The translations under genes and the position numbers were made by a program. From Chloroflexota bacterium (lineage in GTDB: Bacteria; Chloroflexota; Anaerolineae; Anaerolineales; UBA11858): a stretch of DNA of 64,000 nucleotides. Below, one piece after another: positions 35,632 through 44,463 of the stretch; the first letter of the stretch is position 1, and each line of letters starts with the position of its first letter. The DNA lies in NCBI GenBank assembly GCA_018263575.1, contig JAANWX010000107.1, positions 127 through 64,126 on the forward strand. The letters are read 5' to 3'. The notes beneath the pieces are model-generated. The model had not been told where the DNA came from and made no database searches. It worked only from the letters and a program-made list of their open reading frames with translations.

Positions 35632-35747
35632 GAAACCGATAAAAGCTAACTGTGCAAAATCCTGCCATTCAAAATCTTGACAAACTCAAGCGGCGTAATT
35701 ACAATGTATGAACAATCATGCGTGATATTTTCCAAGGAGATGGTTTT

Positions 35748-36011
35748 ATGTCCGTGATTAAAACACGTATTGTCAGGATCGGTAATTCACAAGGTGTGCG
35801 TATACCTAAGTTGATCCTCGAACAGACAGGGCTTAAAGATGACGTTGAGTTAGAAGTTGGGGAAGGGGAAATTGTGATTCGTGAACTGTCTCATCCCCGG
35901 CAAGATTGGGAATCCGCCTTCGAGGCAATGGCTAAACGGGGCGATGATAATTTATTGGACGATGATGGAACCCCTTTAACCGTCTGGGATGAGGAAGAAT
36001 GGGAATGGTAA
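35748..36011 (+). CDS. mazE: MazE-type (AbrB/SpoVT) antitoxin
   Basis: The ATG at 35748 follows an AAGGAGA SD. IVRIGNSQGVRIPK motif and an acidic C-terminus. Confidence 0.75.
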   Translation: MSVIKTRIVRIGNSQGVRIPKLILEQTGLKDDVELEVGEGEIVIRELSHPRQDWESAFEAMAKRGDDNLLDDDGTPLTVWDEEEWEW

Positions 36012-36328
36012 CCAACCGCTTTGAGATATATTTGGTGAATCTTGACCCTACCGTGGGAAGTGAGATCAGGAAAACACGACCTTGCTTGGTGATTTCACCC
36101 AATGAGATGAATCGTTGGATTAAAACGGTACTTGTAGCCCCTATGACGACGAAAGGTCGGAAGTATCCAACCCGTGTAAATTGTGAATTCCAGGGTAAAA
36201 AGGGAGAAATTGCCTTAGATCAAATTCGAACTGTAGACAAAACCCGGTTGGTGAAACGTTTGGGCATCATAGGTGACTCAGTTCAGCACGACGTGCTTTC
36301 CACACTCAGGGAAATGTTTGCTGAGTAA
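35999..36328 (+). CDS. mazF: MazF/PemK endoribonuclease toxin
   Basis: FEIYLVNLDPTVGSEIRKTRPCLVISPNEMN and IALDQIRTVDK..L. 13-nt overlap with mazE. Confidence 0.85.
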   Translation: MGMVTNRFEIYLVNLDPTVGSEIRKTRPCLVISPNEMNRWIKTVLVAPMTTKGRKYPTRVNCEFQGKKGEIALDQIRTVDKTRLVKRLGIIGDSVQHDVLSTLREMFAE

Positions 36329-36352
36329 GGGCAAGCACGAGTAGTGATGTAA

Positions 36353-38506
36353 TCAAGTCACCAAATTCTCCACCACTTTAACCATCTCCTCCACCGAAAT
36401 ATTCCCCTCAACAACAATGAATTGCCCATCTTGTAGAAAAGTGGCAAAGCTGTAAGGGCCTTCTTCGTCAGTGTAATCTTCAATGATAACCGTGACTCCC
36501 TCGATGGATTGAATTTCTTCCGGATAAGGCTCGAAGTTGGCTTCCGCCGTCCACTCGTCCAGGGAAGTGTATGGGCTGTCGCTGGCGGTGATGGCCACGA
36601 CATCCTCCTGTCCGGGGCCGTAGAAGTCAATTTCTAGCGCCGTACCACCCCCTGGGATATACCAGATGGCATCCTCGCCGTATTGGCTCGCGCTAACCTC
36701 ATAAGCATCCACAAATTCGTAACCGGACGGCAGGTAGGCGGGGATCAGCTCCGCCGGGGGGTCAACCGAGTCCGCCGAACCTTCCTGCCAATTTTCGCCC
36801 CAGTATTCTTCAGGATCCAATAAACCTTCAACTTCAGGAGCTTGGAAGTTGGGGGAAGGGTAGATGGCGGCAGGTCCCGGGTTTTCCGCCTGAGAAACAG
36901 TTCGAACATCCACCGTATAAGCGCTCTTTTGGCAGTCCTCTTCGCTTTCGGCCCGGCTGAGGTTGATGGCCAATAGATAGAGATGGTCGAATTGCCCGGC
37001 ATCTAGGATGGCCCGGTTACCGTCCATGGGGAAGACTTGGGCCTCATCCCCCACAACCCCAACCAGGATACCGCCAAGATTCGCGGCGTATACAGTCACC
37101 TGAACCGGGGCGGGAGAGATGATTTCCACGTAATCGGCGGCCATTTGCCCTACGCCATCGGCAGGGGTAAAGATTCCGCCTGAACTCACCTCGCCTTCTA
37201 AACGCACAAGGGGATAATTAGCACCTTCTTCAAAAGCACGGGTGAGCAGAGATACGGAGAATCCACGGAAAGTTTCATCCAGGCTTGTTCCCGCTCCGGC
37301 GAGGGCAGCTTCAACGGCCTCGTACCCGTCGAGTTGGGCGGCTTCTTCCCAAATGGCTCGGACGGTCTCGTGGCCATAGTGTTCAGAAATATAACGGATA
37401 AAAATCCATTCCCCGTACCAATGGTTCTCGTCTTCGACGCGCGTCTCACCGCCAAAGGCCAGTTGGCAAGTATCGGGGGATTTGGCCACGGCATAGACAT
37501 CTTCGATTCCGTCATCTATGTGATCGTAAACCTCGTCCTGCATCCATGTCGCGGTGGCTTCCCAGAGCCAGTCGGCGGGTTCTATCCCGTCGTAGCCAAA
37601 TTGGATGGCATGGTTGAATTCGTGGGCAACGGTGGTGCGCATAAGATCGAGTGTTTCGTAGTTTTCCCGGGTGTACTCTTCCCAGCCCTGGTAATCATTA
37701 TCAAGGACAATGTAGGAGGCCACAGCCCGGGTTTCAACCACGGTGGTGTTAGGATTATCCCCATTTTGCCGCGGATGGCGATAATGCTCTTCACCGCCAT
37801 CGGTGTAACCAAACGTGCCGTCACCAAGAAGGTCCTGAAGGTAAATATCGTAACGGTCATCGCCCCCTATCCCTCCATCGGGGGGAGGAGCAGCCCACCC
37901 GAATTGCTCGATTTCCACTTGCCAAACATATTCCAAAGCCTCAGCGAGCTGATTGACATACGCGGGAAGTTGACCGTTACCAGCCTCCGTAAAGGTAACC
38001 GCATCCTGTCCGGAAAGGGCATAGTGGATCCGAAAATGCTCTGTATCCAGCAGAGAAACTGGACCGCTCAAGATGGGACGGCCCTCTTCGTCATATCCCC
38101 CTTCATCAGATTCGGGGCGTTTGTTGTCTTCAGAGGATGGGATTTCTTCCGTGGGAGGAGGATTTTTTGTGGGTGATGCCGTGGGGGTGGGCGCCTCTGT
38201 TTTGGTAGGGAGCGGGGTATGGGAAGGCTCTGGAGTCCAAGTAGGGGGGAGAACATTTCCTGGCGTAGGGGTCGGGGTTATGGTGACGGCCTGAGAGGGC
38301 AAAGTTGGAGGAGGCAAGGGATTGAAGACACTTTGCGGGTTGATGAATATGGCCAAGAATAAGACGGCCATAATGGCCGTTGCAATCAACAGCAGCCCTG
38401 AGAAAATATTCCAAACTAGATTATTTGAAGATGGGTTTCTTTTGGGCGTAGGTTCTTCGTCAGGGAAATCATAGGGAAAAGTTGACATGTTTTTCCCCTT
38501 TTCCAT
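36353..38506 (-). CDS. Membrane-anchored putative zinc metalloprotease (HExxH)
   Basis: N-terminal TM helix, Pro/Thr linker, TTVAHEFNHAIQ motif, and a large acidic C-terminal region. The Met at 38488 is an alternative start. Confidence 0.55.
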   Translation of the reverse strand: MEKGKNMSTFPYDFPDEEPTPKRNPSSNNLVWNIFSGLLLIATAIMAVLFLAIFINPQSVFNPLPPPTLPSQAVTITPTPTPGNVLPPTWTPEPSHTPLPTKTEAPTPTASPTKNPPPTEEIPSSEDNKRPESDEGGYDEEGRPILSGPVSLLDTEHFRIHYALSGQDAVTFTEAGNGQLPAYVNQLAEALEYVWQVEIEQFGWAAPPPDGGIGGDDRYDIYLQDLLGDGTFGYTDGGEEHYRHPRQNGDNPNTTVVETRAVASYIVLDNDYQGWEEYTRENYETLDLMRTTVAHEFNHAIQFGYDGIEPADWLWEATATWMQDEVYDHIDDGIEDVYAVAKSPDTCQLAFGGETRVEDENHWYGEWIFIRYISEHYGHETVRAIWEEAAQLDGYEAVEAALAGAGTSLDETFRGFSVSLLTRAFEEGANYPLVRLEGEVSSGGIFTPADGVGQMAADYVEIISPAPVQVTVYAANLGGILVGVVGDEAQVFPMDGNRAILDAGQFDHLYLLAINLSRAESEEDCQKSAYTVDVRTVSQAENPGPAAIYPSPNFQAPEVEGLLDPEEYWGENWQEGSADSVDPPAELIPAYLPSGYEFVDAYEVSASQYGEDAIWYIPGGGTALEIDFYGPGQEDVVAITASDSPYTSLDEWTAEANFEPYPEEIQSIEGVTVIIEDYTDEEGPYSFATFLQDGQFIVVEGNISVEEMVKVVENLVT

Positions 38507-38814
38507 AACTCCTGGTTACGTGACGAATTTTTGCTCCTCTCTTGCCACATATATCACAGATCATATCATTCCTTTTTCTCACTCATCCAAAAAAAAGTAT
38601 AGCACATTCAGGACGCGTAGGGAACAGAAGAGGCTCTTCTTGGCAGACCACCAATTCGTCCTCCATTCTTACATTTCTCTCACATCTCTCCTATGTTGCT
38701 CTTACACAATTTTCTTAAAATGACAGTTGACGGTAACCATTCATTCATTGTCATTTCGACGCGGATGTTTCGGTCAAGGCAGACTGAATTAGGAGAAATT
38801 TTTGCTATAAGAAA

Positions 38815-38966
38815 CAATCGTTCAGACCTTTCACCCAAGGCAAACTTCAAAAGTCTCAGGGGGCGCTTTTGGAGAAATTTCCCGGGCGTTTGCGAACTAT
38901 CAAGCGAAAAATGCTGTTCTGAAGACATTTGAAGTCTATCTCTTTGGACTGGTGAACGCCTACTAT
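38815..38966 (+). repeat. Copy B of the structured repeat of about 155 nt
   Basis: See 2136-2291. The stem CTTCAAAAGTCT (38845-38856) with AGACATTTGAAG (38923-38934) has one mismatch. The 3' end runs into the clpB fragment. Confidence 0.8.
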
Positions 38967-39221
38967 GCGGAATTATTCCAAGCGCAGGGCTACGCCTTAA
39001 GCGTGGGTGAGGAGGCTAAGCGGTATCTGGCCAATCTGGGTTATGATCCCGACTATGGCGCGCGTCCCCTCAAACGCACCATCCAACGCCAAATTCAAGA
39101 TCCCCTGGCTTTGGAAATCCTAGAAGGAAAATTCACGGTCGGGGATACCATCCACGTCACCCGGGAAGGGGATGAGTTGGTTTTCACGCCACACAAAGCA
39201 AGAAAAGTGATCAAAGAATAA
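38952..39221 (+). pseudogene. clpB: Orphan 3' fragment of a clpB/clpC-type AAA+ chaperone gene (D2-small domain only)
   Basis: [42 protein letters not shown] is the conserved Clp/Hsp100 C-terminus. No upstream AAA+ modules exist in any frame. The apparent start comes from the repeat. Confidence 0.75.
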
Positions 39222-39226
39222 AAAGA

Positions 39227-39266
39227 ACCCATACTCCCCGTGCCCTAGGACACGGGGAGTATGGGT
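39227..39266 (+). terminator. Intrinsic terminator retained after the clpB fragment
   Basis: ACCCATACTCCCCGTG-CCCTAGGA-CACGGGGAGTATGGGT forms a 16-bp stem and is followed by TTTTAT. Confidence 0.7.
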
Positions 39267-39399
39267 TTTATACTTGCTAAATATGTTGGCTGTTTATGGT
39301 TTACCCTGGCCGCCCCCCCTGGTGTTCCGCCTGGTTTATTGCCTGGGGGATTGTCACCAGAACCATCAGATTCATCTTCGGATTCTTCTTCCGATTCCC

Positions 39400-40356
39400 C
39401 TATTCTTCTTCCGATTCCTCTACAGACTCTTCGTCAGATTCGTCCGCGGCTTCTTCTTCGGGCTCAGATTCCTCGTCCGCTTCGTCCGCTTCGTCCGCCT
39501 CGTCCGCCTCGTCCGCTTCGTCCGCTTCGTCAGCCTCGTCCGCTTCGTCAGCCTCGTCCGCTTCGTCCGCTTCGTCCGCTTCGTCCGCCGCATCCTCAGC
39601 CTCATCTACGTCATCAGCAGCCGTTTCAAGCATGGTTTGAAGCTGTTCCCGAGCCTGCTCAGGCAAGGTCTCCATGACCTCCTCGAGAACGTCTTCATGA
39701 TTAGAATGGGCTGTGTTCAACAGAGTTTGTAGTTCTTCCTGGTTTGCACCTCCTTCGCTGCCGATAAGTTGAGCAATGGCAGAAATTTCGGCCCCATAGT
39801 CGCCCATGGCCTGCAGGCCATTATCAAGATCATCTTCGGAAAACTTAGCCTGAGCTTCAGCTAACCTCTCCTCCGCAATGGAAAGGCGGGTTTCAGCCTC
39901 AGCCAGAGGGTCAGTGGTTAGCTTAAGGCGAGCCTGTTCCATAGCGCGATCAATCCCATAGAGAAAATCACCCGGCCCCGAGGAGTCGGCTGCGTAGGCC
40001 ACGCCCCCCCCAGCGGCGGTCACTAAAAGAGTAATTGTTAGAATCAAGCTTGTCATTTGAAGCCTCCTTGGTTTCAATAAAAGGTGAACTCTTTGTCTTA
40101 TATGTCGAACGACATCCTTAAACGTTACAGGACTCTTTGGGGTTTTCAGTTGATTTTCCAGATGGCGTCGAGAATTCTGGACAAACCTTGGACCGGGAAC
40201 AACTTCTTTCAACACCACCAAGGAAGAAGACATCTCCAGAAGAGGTGCTAACTCGGAAGCGTGCTCAGGAAATTTGGCCAGACAGCTCTCTACGCTAGCT
40301 CCAGCTTCCATGCGCTCTAAACATTCGTCTAAAATCTTGGGGATCTCTTCACTCAT
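39400..40356 (-). CDS. Anti-sigma-factor-like membrane protein (DUF5667-like) with (EAD)n acidic tail
   Basis: Overlaps the ECF sigma gene by 4 nt. N-terminus ILDECLERMEAGASVESCLAKFPEH, one TM helix, a helical ectodomain, and a C-terminal DEADEADEA repeat. Confidence 0.6.
   Translation of the reverse strand: MSEEIPKILDECLERMEAGASVESCLAKFPEHASELAPLLEMSSSLVVLKEVVPGPRFVQNSRRHLENQLKTPKSPVTFKDVVRHIRQRVHLLLKPRRLQMTSLILTITLLVTAAGGGVAYAADSSGPGDFLYGIDRAMEQARLKLTTDPLAEAETRLSIAEERLAEAQAKFSEDDLDNGLQAMGDYGAEISAIAQLIGSEGGANQEELQTLLNTAHSNHEDVLEEVMETLPEQAREQLQTMLETAADDVDEAEDAADEADEADEADEADEADEADEADEADEADEADEADEADEESEPEEEAADESDEESVEESEEE
39472..39588. repeat. 13 x 9-nt in-frame tandem repeat (YTCGTCMGC) encoding (EAD)n
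   Basis: Read directly; it lies inside CDS 39400-40356. Confidence 0.9.
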
Positions 40357-40919
40357 GGCTTATGTACCTCGGGAATTAGTCTTCGCAACTTCTTCAGCGC
40401 CCTATATTGTAAAACGCGGGCATGACCTTCTTTGATGTCTAGGATTTCAGCCACCTCGGCGTGGCTTACTTGGTTGATAAAACGTAGGATGATGACTTGT
40501 TGATAGGTGGGAGAAAGTTGATCGATTCCCTCTGCCAACACTTGGCTTAACAACCCTTGGCCTACTTCATATTCCACTTCATCACTTAGCAAGAATTGCT
40601 CCTGGTGGTCTTCAAGTGATCCTGGGAATTTTCTGGTTCTATAGTGGTCTACAATCTTGTTGTGAGCTATGCGGTAGATCCAGGCCCGAAGATTCTTGAT
40701 AGTCTTCTTTTGGCGTTTTTTCCGATGCAGGCTTTCCCAGGCTTCCAGAAAAACCTTCCCCGTTAAATCTTCCGCGATATGTTGGTTTTTACTTATCCGA
40801 AAAAATATATAGCGGTAGATTTCATCCCGGTGTAGTTCATAAAATTCACCAAAGGCGCGCCGGTCACCTCTTGCTGCTTTGGCAAGTAATTCTGAAGGAA
40901 GGGTATCTGTTTTAGGCAT
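40353..40919 (-). CDS. ECF (group 4) sigma-70 factor
   Basis: Region 2 is RAWIYRIAHNKIVDHYR. Region 4 is SHAEVAEILDIKEGHARVLQYRALKKLR. Confidence 0.85.
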   Translation of the reverse strand: MPKTDTLPSELLAKAARGDRRAFGEFYELHRDEIYRYIFFRISKNQHIAEDLTGKVFLEAWESLHRKKRQKKTIKNLRAWIYRIAHNKIVDHYRTRKFPGSLEDHQEQFLLSDEVEYEVGQGLLSQVLAEGIDQLSPTYQQVIILRFINQVSHAEVAEILDIKEGHARVLQYRALKKLRRLIPEVHKP

Positions 40920-41261
40920 GCTCTACTCTTTAAGTCGAAGCAGGATGATTTTCGTTACAAGCTAAACATCTTGGAGAGAAATAGTGATGGTGTCCTTCAC
41001 GTAGCATAGCCCCACGGTATGCGCCTGGCCGTGCTCGAAGAGTACCCCTGCGGGGCAGGCCCGCAAAGCGTGGCGGGGCCGCACCGAACGCCACCGTTCG
41101 GTTACACCAGCGGCACATGTTTCGCTGAGTGCAGGTGTCCGTAGCCCCCCACAGGTGCAATTATTAAGCCCTTTGGGTACGCACTTCAAAAAACGTGAAG
41201 TGCAATGCACCTGCCGCGCTGATGACTGTCCACTCAATGTCATTAATTTTAGCTCGGTTGT

Positions 41262-41359
41262 AGACCTGACAGGTTTCCCGACGCGACATTTTTAACTCGA
41301 TTCGGTGCAACCAAGAGCATATTTCTGTCTAAAAGTGTGCTCTAAAACCTGTCAGGTCT
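41262..41359 (-). mobile_element. 98-bp MITE-like element, copy 2 (inverted)
   Basis: Same 13-bp TIRs as 12498-12595. The internal blocks CGAATCGAGTTAAAAATGTCGC and TTTTAGAGCACACTTTT are conserved in reverse complement. Confidence 0.8.
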
Positions 41360-41421
41360 GGGCCAAAAACCTTAACTAAATGACATTGACTGTCCACTGA
41401 ATACTCGTCACGTTTCACTCA

Positions 41422-43683
41422 TCACCCACACCCCCCAAGCTCAGCATAGGTTTTTTCAAGAATCTGATTTCTCTCTTGGGTTGCTGGCGTACTATCTACA
41501 ATCCTATCCCATGTTTTGCAAAGCATGGGCGTAATACTTTCGTTAATTTCTAACGCTTTGTAGGTTATAGTTTTCGCTTGCTCCCATTGATTCATGTGCG
41601 CGTATCCCTCGATAAATGGAATATACTCAGAGGGATAGTCAGTAGACTCAAATTGATTTAAAGCAATAGCGCCGATTCGGGTAATTTCTACCCAATCTTC
41701 ACGCTGACGTGCTAAAGCAGCTTTCTCGAAGTAATAACACCAATCTTTGGGTTGAGGATATTTTGACAGTGGGTAAAAGAGCTTTGTCGGAGGTTCAGGG
41801 TCAAGGATAATACGCTCTGGCTTAGAAAAAGGTAAGACTTCACCCATATGAAACAAGTAAGGAGAAATGATATATTTATGGGCAAGATCAGCATCCAGGA
41901 CACGAAGGCATGCTGGAGGTTGATGGTAGATTACCAAGCTTTGTTTTGGAGAACTCTTGAAATCGAAGGATAAGTAGTTGTGCTCTATGGAAGCATCCTC
42001 ATCAAGCGAAATCGGATCCTTCCCAAAACGTAATTCAACGTCAAACATGGCAATTGGTAATTTTCCAGCCCGATGTTCCGGAGCATAAATCCAATTTAAG
42101 GGCGCTGTAAGGGAATTGTCTGTAGACCGCGTTTGCCTGAGTTGATTAGATAAAATAGCAGTGTTGGGTTTTAATCCTGGAACTCGAGTTGTTAATTGTT
42201 GAAAGAAATCAATTTGATAACTCCAATCACTGCCATAGGAGAAAGCATTTTGATTGTGAAAACCTACCGCCAACCCAATAATTGAAGATAAGATCAGAAC
42301 CTTAGAGAAGTTACGTTTTAGAAAAATATCAAGCAGGCCTATCAACAATAAACTAGAACCAAACATCATTGGTAAAGTCAGCCGGTCAGCAGGAAATTCT
42401 AATTTGGGATCAAGGCTCGTAACCCAAAAGGGGATAGGAGCCAAAAAAAGCGCTGTTATTGCAAGGATAACGGCTTCAACAGCCCAGCTTTTCTCGGAAG
42501 TAATCAAATCAGAGTCCTGAGGAAATAATCTAATCCCTAGAATAATGAGTGGTGCCAAAACACAAAACATTAAAGCTGTGATCAAGTTAGGGTAACCGAG
42601 CACTAGTTGCTTTGGGATTAAATTAGCCAGCATAATTGGTATTGTGCTAATACCGATAGCAACTCCCGCGATAATTACCATTTTGCTTTTCCAATGCACG
42701 GAGGAATAGGATAAGGTTAAATAGGCCCCCATGCCAATCGTGATTGACACAACCAAGAGCCAAAAAGAAATTCCAGCTTGGGGAAAAGCTAGAGTTAGAT
42801 CTGGAAGTTCCAAAATCTTAAACCAGGCTACTAATCCAGTTTCGCTAAAATCAAAAAGAATATTTTGGAGTAATTCTATGATTGTATCTTTAGGAAAAGA
42901 AATCAATCTGGCGAAGATTGTAACTGAATAATTGATGTCTTTAAAAGCAGCTAAGGCATAACGCCAAGAGAACAAGCCTATGAGAGGGACAAAATATGGC
43001 AACCACCGTTTTAGCACGTCCGCTACTAACTGAGGAATGTTTTTACTACGTTTATACTTCATCATCCCAAGAAGAACTGGCCGAATTAATTCCAAACCAT
43101 AATAGTACTCCGTGGTGAGCATTGTGATGAGAGAGAAAACTAAGGATACACTGGTAAAAAACCAATCCCGTTCCTGTTTTCGATTTGCCTTTACCATCCA
43201 CCCAAGCGACAGGAAAAACGTAATTAACGGGAAGAGATGACGACTGTTATTAACGGAAACATATTGTTGGCTAAAGCCTGGATAGAGCAGAAATAGTAGA
43301 GAGATCAGGATAGATTTTTTCTTATTTTCTGGCCACAATATTCGGAGAAACCAGGTCAGTGAAATGACCCCCAGAAATCGCATTAGGAAGGCATATATTT
43401 GCCAACCGAGAGGATGTTCTCCAAAAAGGGCAACCCCCAAGTATAGTACAAATCCAGATAGAGGCCGATGTGCTGCATCAATTTCTTGAATGCCATTTGG
43501 GCCCATTACATGAGACTGCCATATCCACGGCCAATCGTCCCAATAAAATCCCATCCAGGGCAGATAAAGGCCATAGGCAAAAATGCCTACTAGAAAAAGG
43601 ATGAGGATAAAAAAATATGGTTTTTGGATAAGGCCTTTGATTTGTTTATGCTTGAACTTTATGGCATTAATGCGCGTGTCCAT
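41422..43683 (-). CDS. Large polytopic membrane protein, possible GT-C-type glycosyltransferase, with a soluble C-terminal domain
   Basis: 753 aa, with about 14 hydrophobic helices then a soluble region of about 250 aa. It is visibly AT-rich. The GT-C assignment rests on architecture only. Confidence 0.35.
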   Translation of the reverse strand: MDTRINAIKFKHKQIKGLIQKPYFFILILFLVGIFAYGLYLPWMGFYWDDWPWIWQSHVMGPNGIQEIDAAHRPLSGFVLYLGVALFGEHPLGWQIYAFLMRFLGVISLTWFLRILWPENKKKSILISLLFLLYPGFSQQYVSVNNSRHLFPLITFFLSLGWMVKANRKQERDWFFTSVSLVFSLITMLTTEYYYGLELIRPVLLGMMKYKRSKNIPQLVADVLKRWLPYFVPLIGLFSWRYALAAFKDINYSVTIFARLISFPKDTIIELLQNILFDFSETGLVAWFKILELPDLTLAFPQAGISFWLLVVSITIGMGAYLTLSYSSVHWKSKMVIIAGVAIGISTIPIMLANLIPKQLVLGYPNLITALMFCVLAPLIILGIRLFPQDSDLITSEKSWAVEAVILAITALFLAPIPFWVTSLDPKLEFPADRLTLPMMFGSSLLLIGLLDIFLKRNFSKVLILSSIIGLAVGFHNQNAFSYGSDWSYQIDFFQQLTTRVPGLKPNTAILSNQLRQTRSTDNSLTAPLNWIYAPEHRAGKLPIAMFDVELRFGKDPISLDEDASIEHNYLSFDFKSSPKQSLVIYHQPPACLRVLDADLAHKYIISPYLFHMGEVLPFSKPERIILDPEPPTKLFYPLSKYPQPKDWCYYFEKAALARQREDWVEITRIGAIALNQFESTDYPSEYIPFIEGYAHMNQWEQAKTITYKALEINESITPMLCKTWDRIVDSTPATQERNQILEKTYAELGGCG

Positions 43684-44146
43684 GTTCTAGCTCTTCTTCA
43701 GTAGCAAGCCGTAGTTCGGTTACCGTAACTTCGAAAACCAAGTCCTTCCCAGCCAGGGGATGGTTGAAATCTAAGGTGACGGTATCTTCCCCCTTAGCGG
43801 TGATTTGGGCACTGAGGGTATCCCCTTCTTGGTCGCGTAAATCCAAAAAGGTTCCTACTTCGAGGGGAACATCTTCGCTGAATTCCTCGATTTTGACCTT
43901 TTGGACAGCGTCAGGATCAACTTTGCCATAGGCCTTGGCGGCCGGAACAGAAATAGTCTTTGAGTCTCCGAGGGCCATACCATCAAGGGCCTCTTCTAAT
44001 CCGGGGATAATTTGCCCAAGCCCTTGTATGAACTGAATAGGTTTGGCATCTGCTGTACTTTCTAAAACTTCTCCATCAACAATGAGGGTGTAATCAAGGC
44101 TTACGACGATATTGTCGGTAATTTCTGAGGGGTTGGGGGGATTCAT
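43667..44146 (-). CDS. slyD: FKBP-type peptidyl-prolyl isomerase, SlyD-like
   Basis: V.LDYTL..DGEV..S...P..F..G.GQIIPGLEEAL.GM..GD and NHPLAGKDLVFEV.V. Confidence 0.85.
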   Translation of the reverse strand: MNPPNPSEITDNIVVSLDYTLIVDGEVLESTADAKPIQFIQGLGQIIPGLEEALDGMALGDSKTISVPAAKAYGKVDPDAVQKVKIEEFSEDVPLEVGTFLDLRDQEGDTLSAQITAKGEDTVTLDFNHPLAGKDLVFEVTVTELRLATEEELEHGHAH

Positions 44147-44158
44147 AAACTTTCCTTT

Positions 44159-44398
44159 TTATACAGCTATCGTGGGAGATTGCGAGCCGCTTCCCAGCCG
44201 CCAGACACTCTCCTGGGGGTTAAAGATCAAATGGTAGGTTTTTTGGTGCATGTCCATCACCAGGAAATGCCTCCCCATCTCGGTTTCCCATTGGCGTCCA
44301 AGATTATGAACGCGGTAGGTACTTTTTCCTACTTTAAAGCTTATGGGGATAATCTTTCCTTTTTCTGTAAATTGGGCCGTGGCTTCTATTTTTTTCAC
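44159..44398 (-). CDS. Hypothetical small protein
   Basis: 79-aa ORF directly upstream of slyD on the same strand. No motif recognised. Confidence 0.4.
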   Translation of the reverse strand: MKKIEATAQFTEKGKIIPISFKVGKSTYRVHNLGRQWETEMGRHFLVMDMHQKTYHLIFNPQESVWRLGSGSQSPTIAV

Positions 44399-44463
44399 CT
44401 TTAATTCCTCCTACGTGAAGCGCGCCGGTGCGGGAGTGCTAAAAGTTGATGGTATTTCTTAAG

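Noticed and set aside
37334-38176. 280-aa plus-strand ORF
   Set aside because: It is antisense to the HExxH metalloprotease gene and has no motifs.
39261-39732. Three overlapping plus-strand ORFs (138, 152 and 114 aa) rich in Ser/Arg/Pro/Leu/Phe repeats
   Set aside because: They are the antisense reading of the (EAD)n 9-nt repeat in the anti-sigma-like gene, so they are purely repeat-driven.
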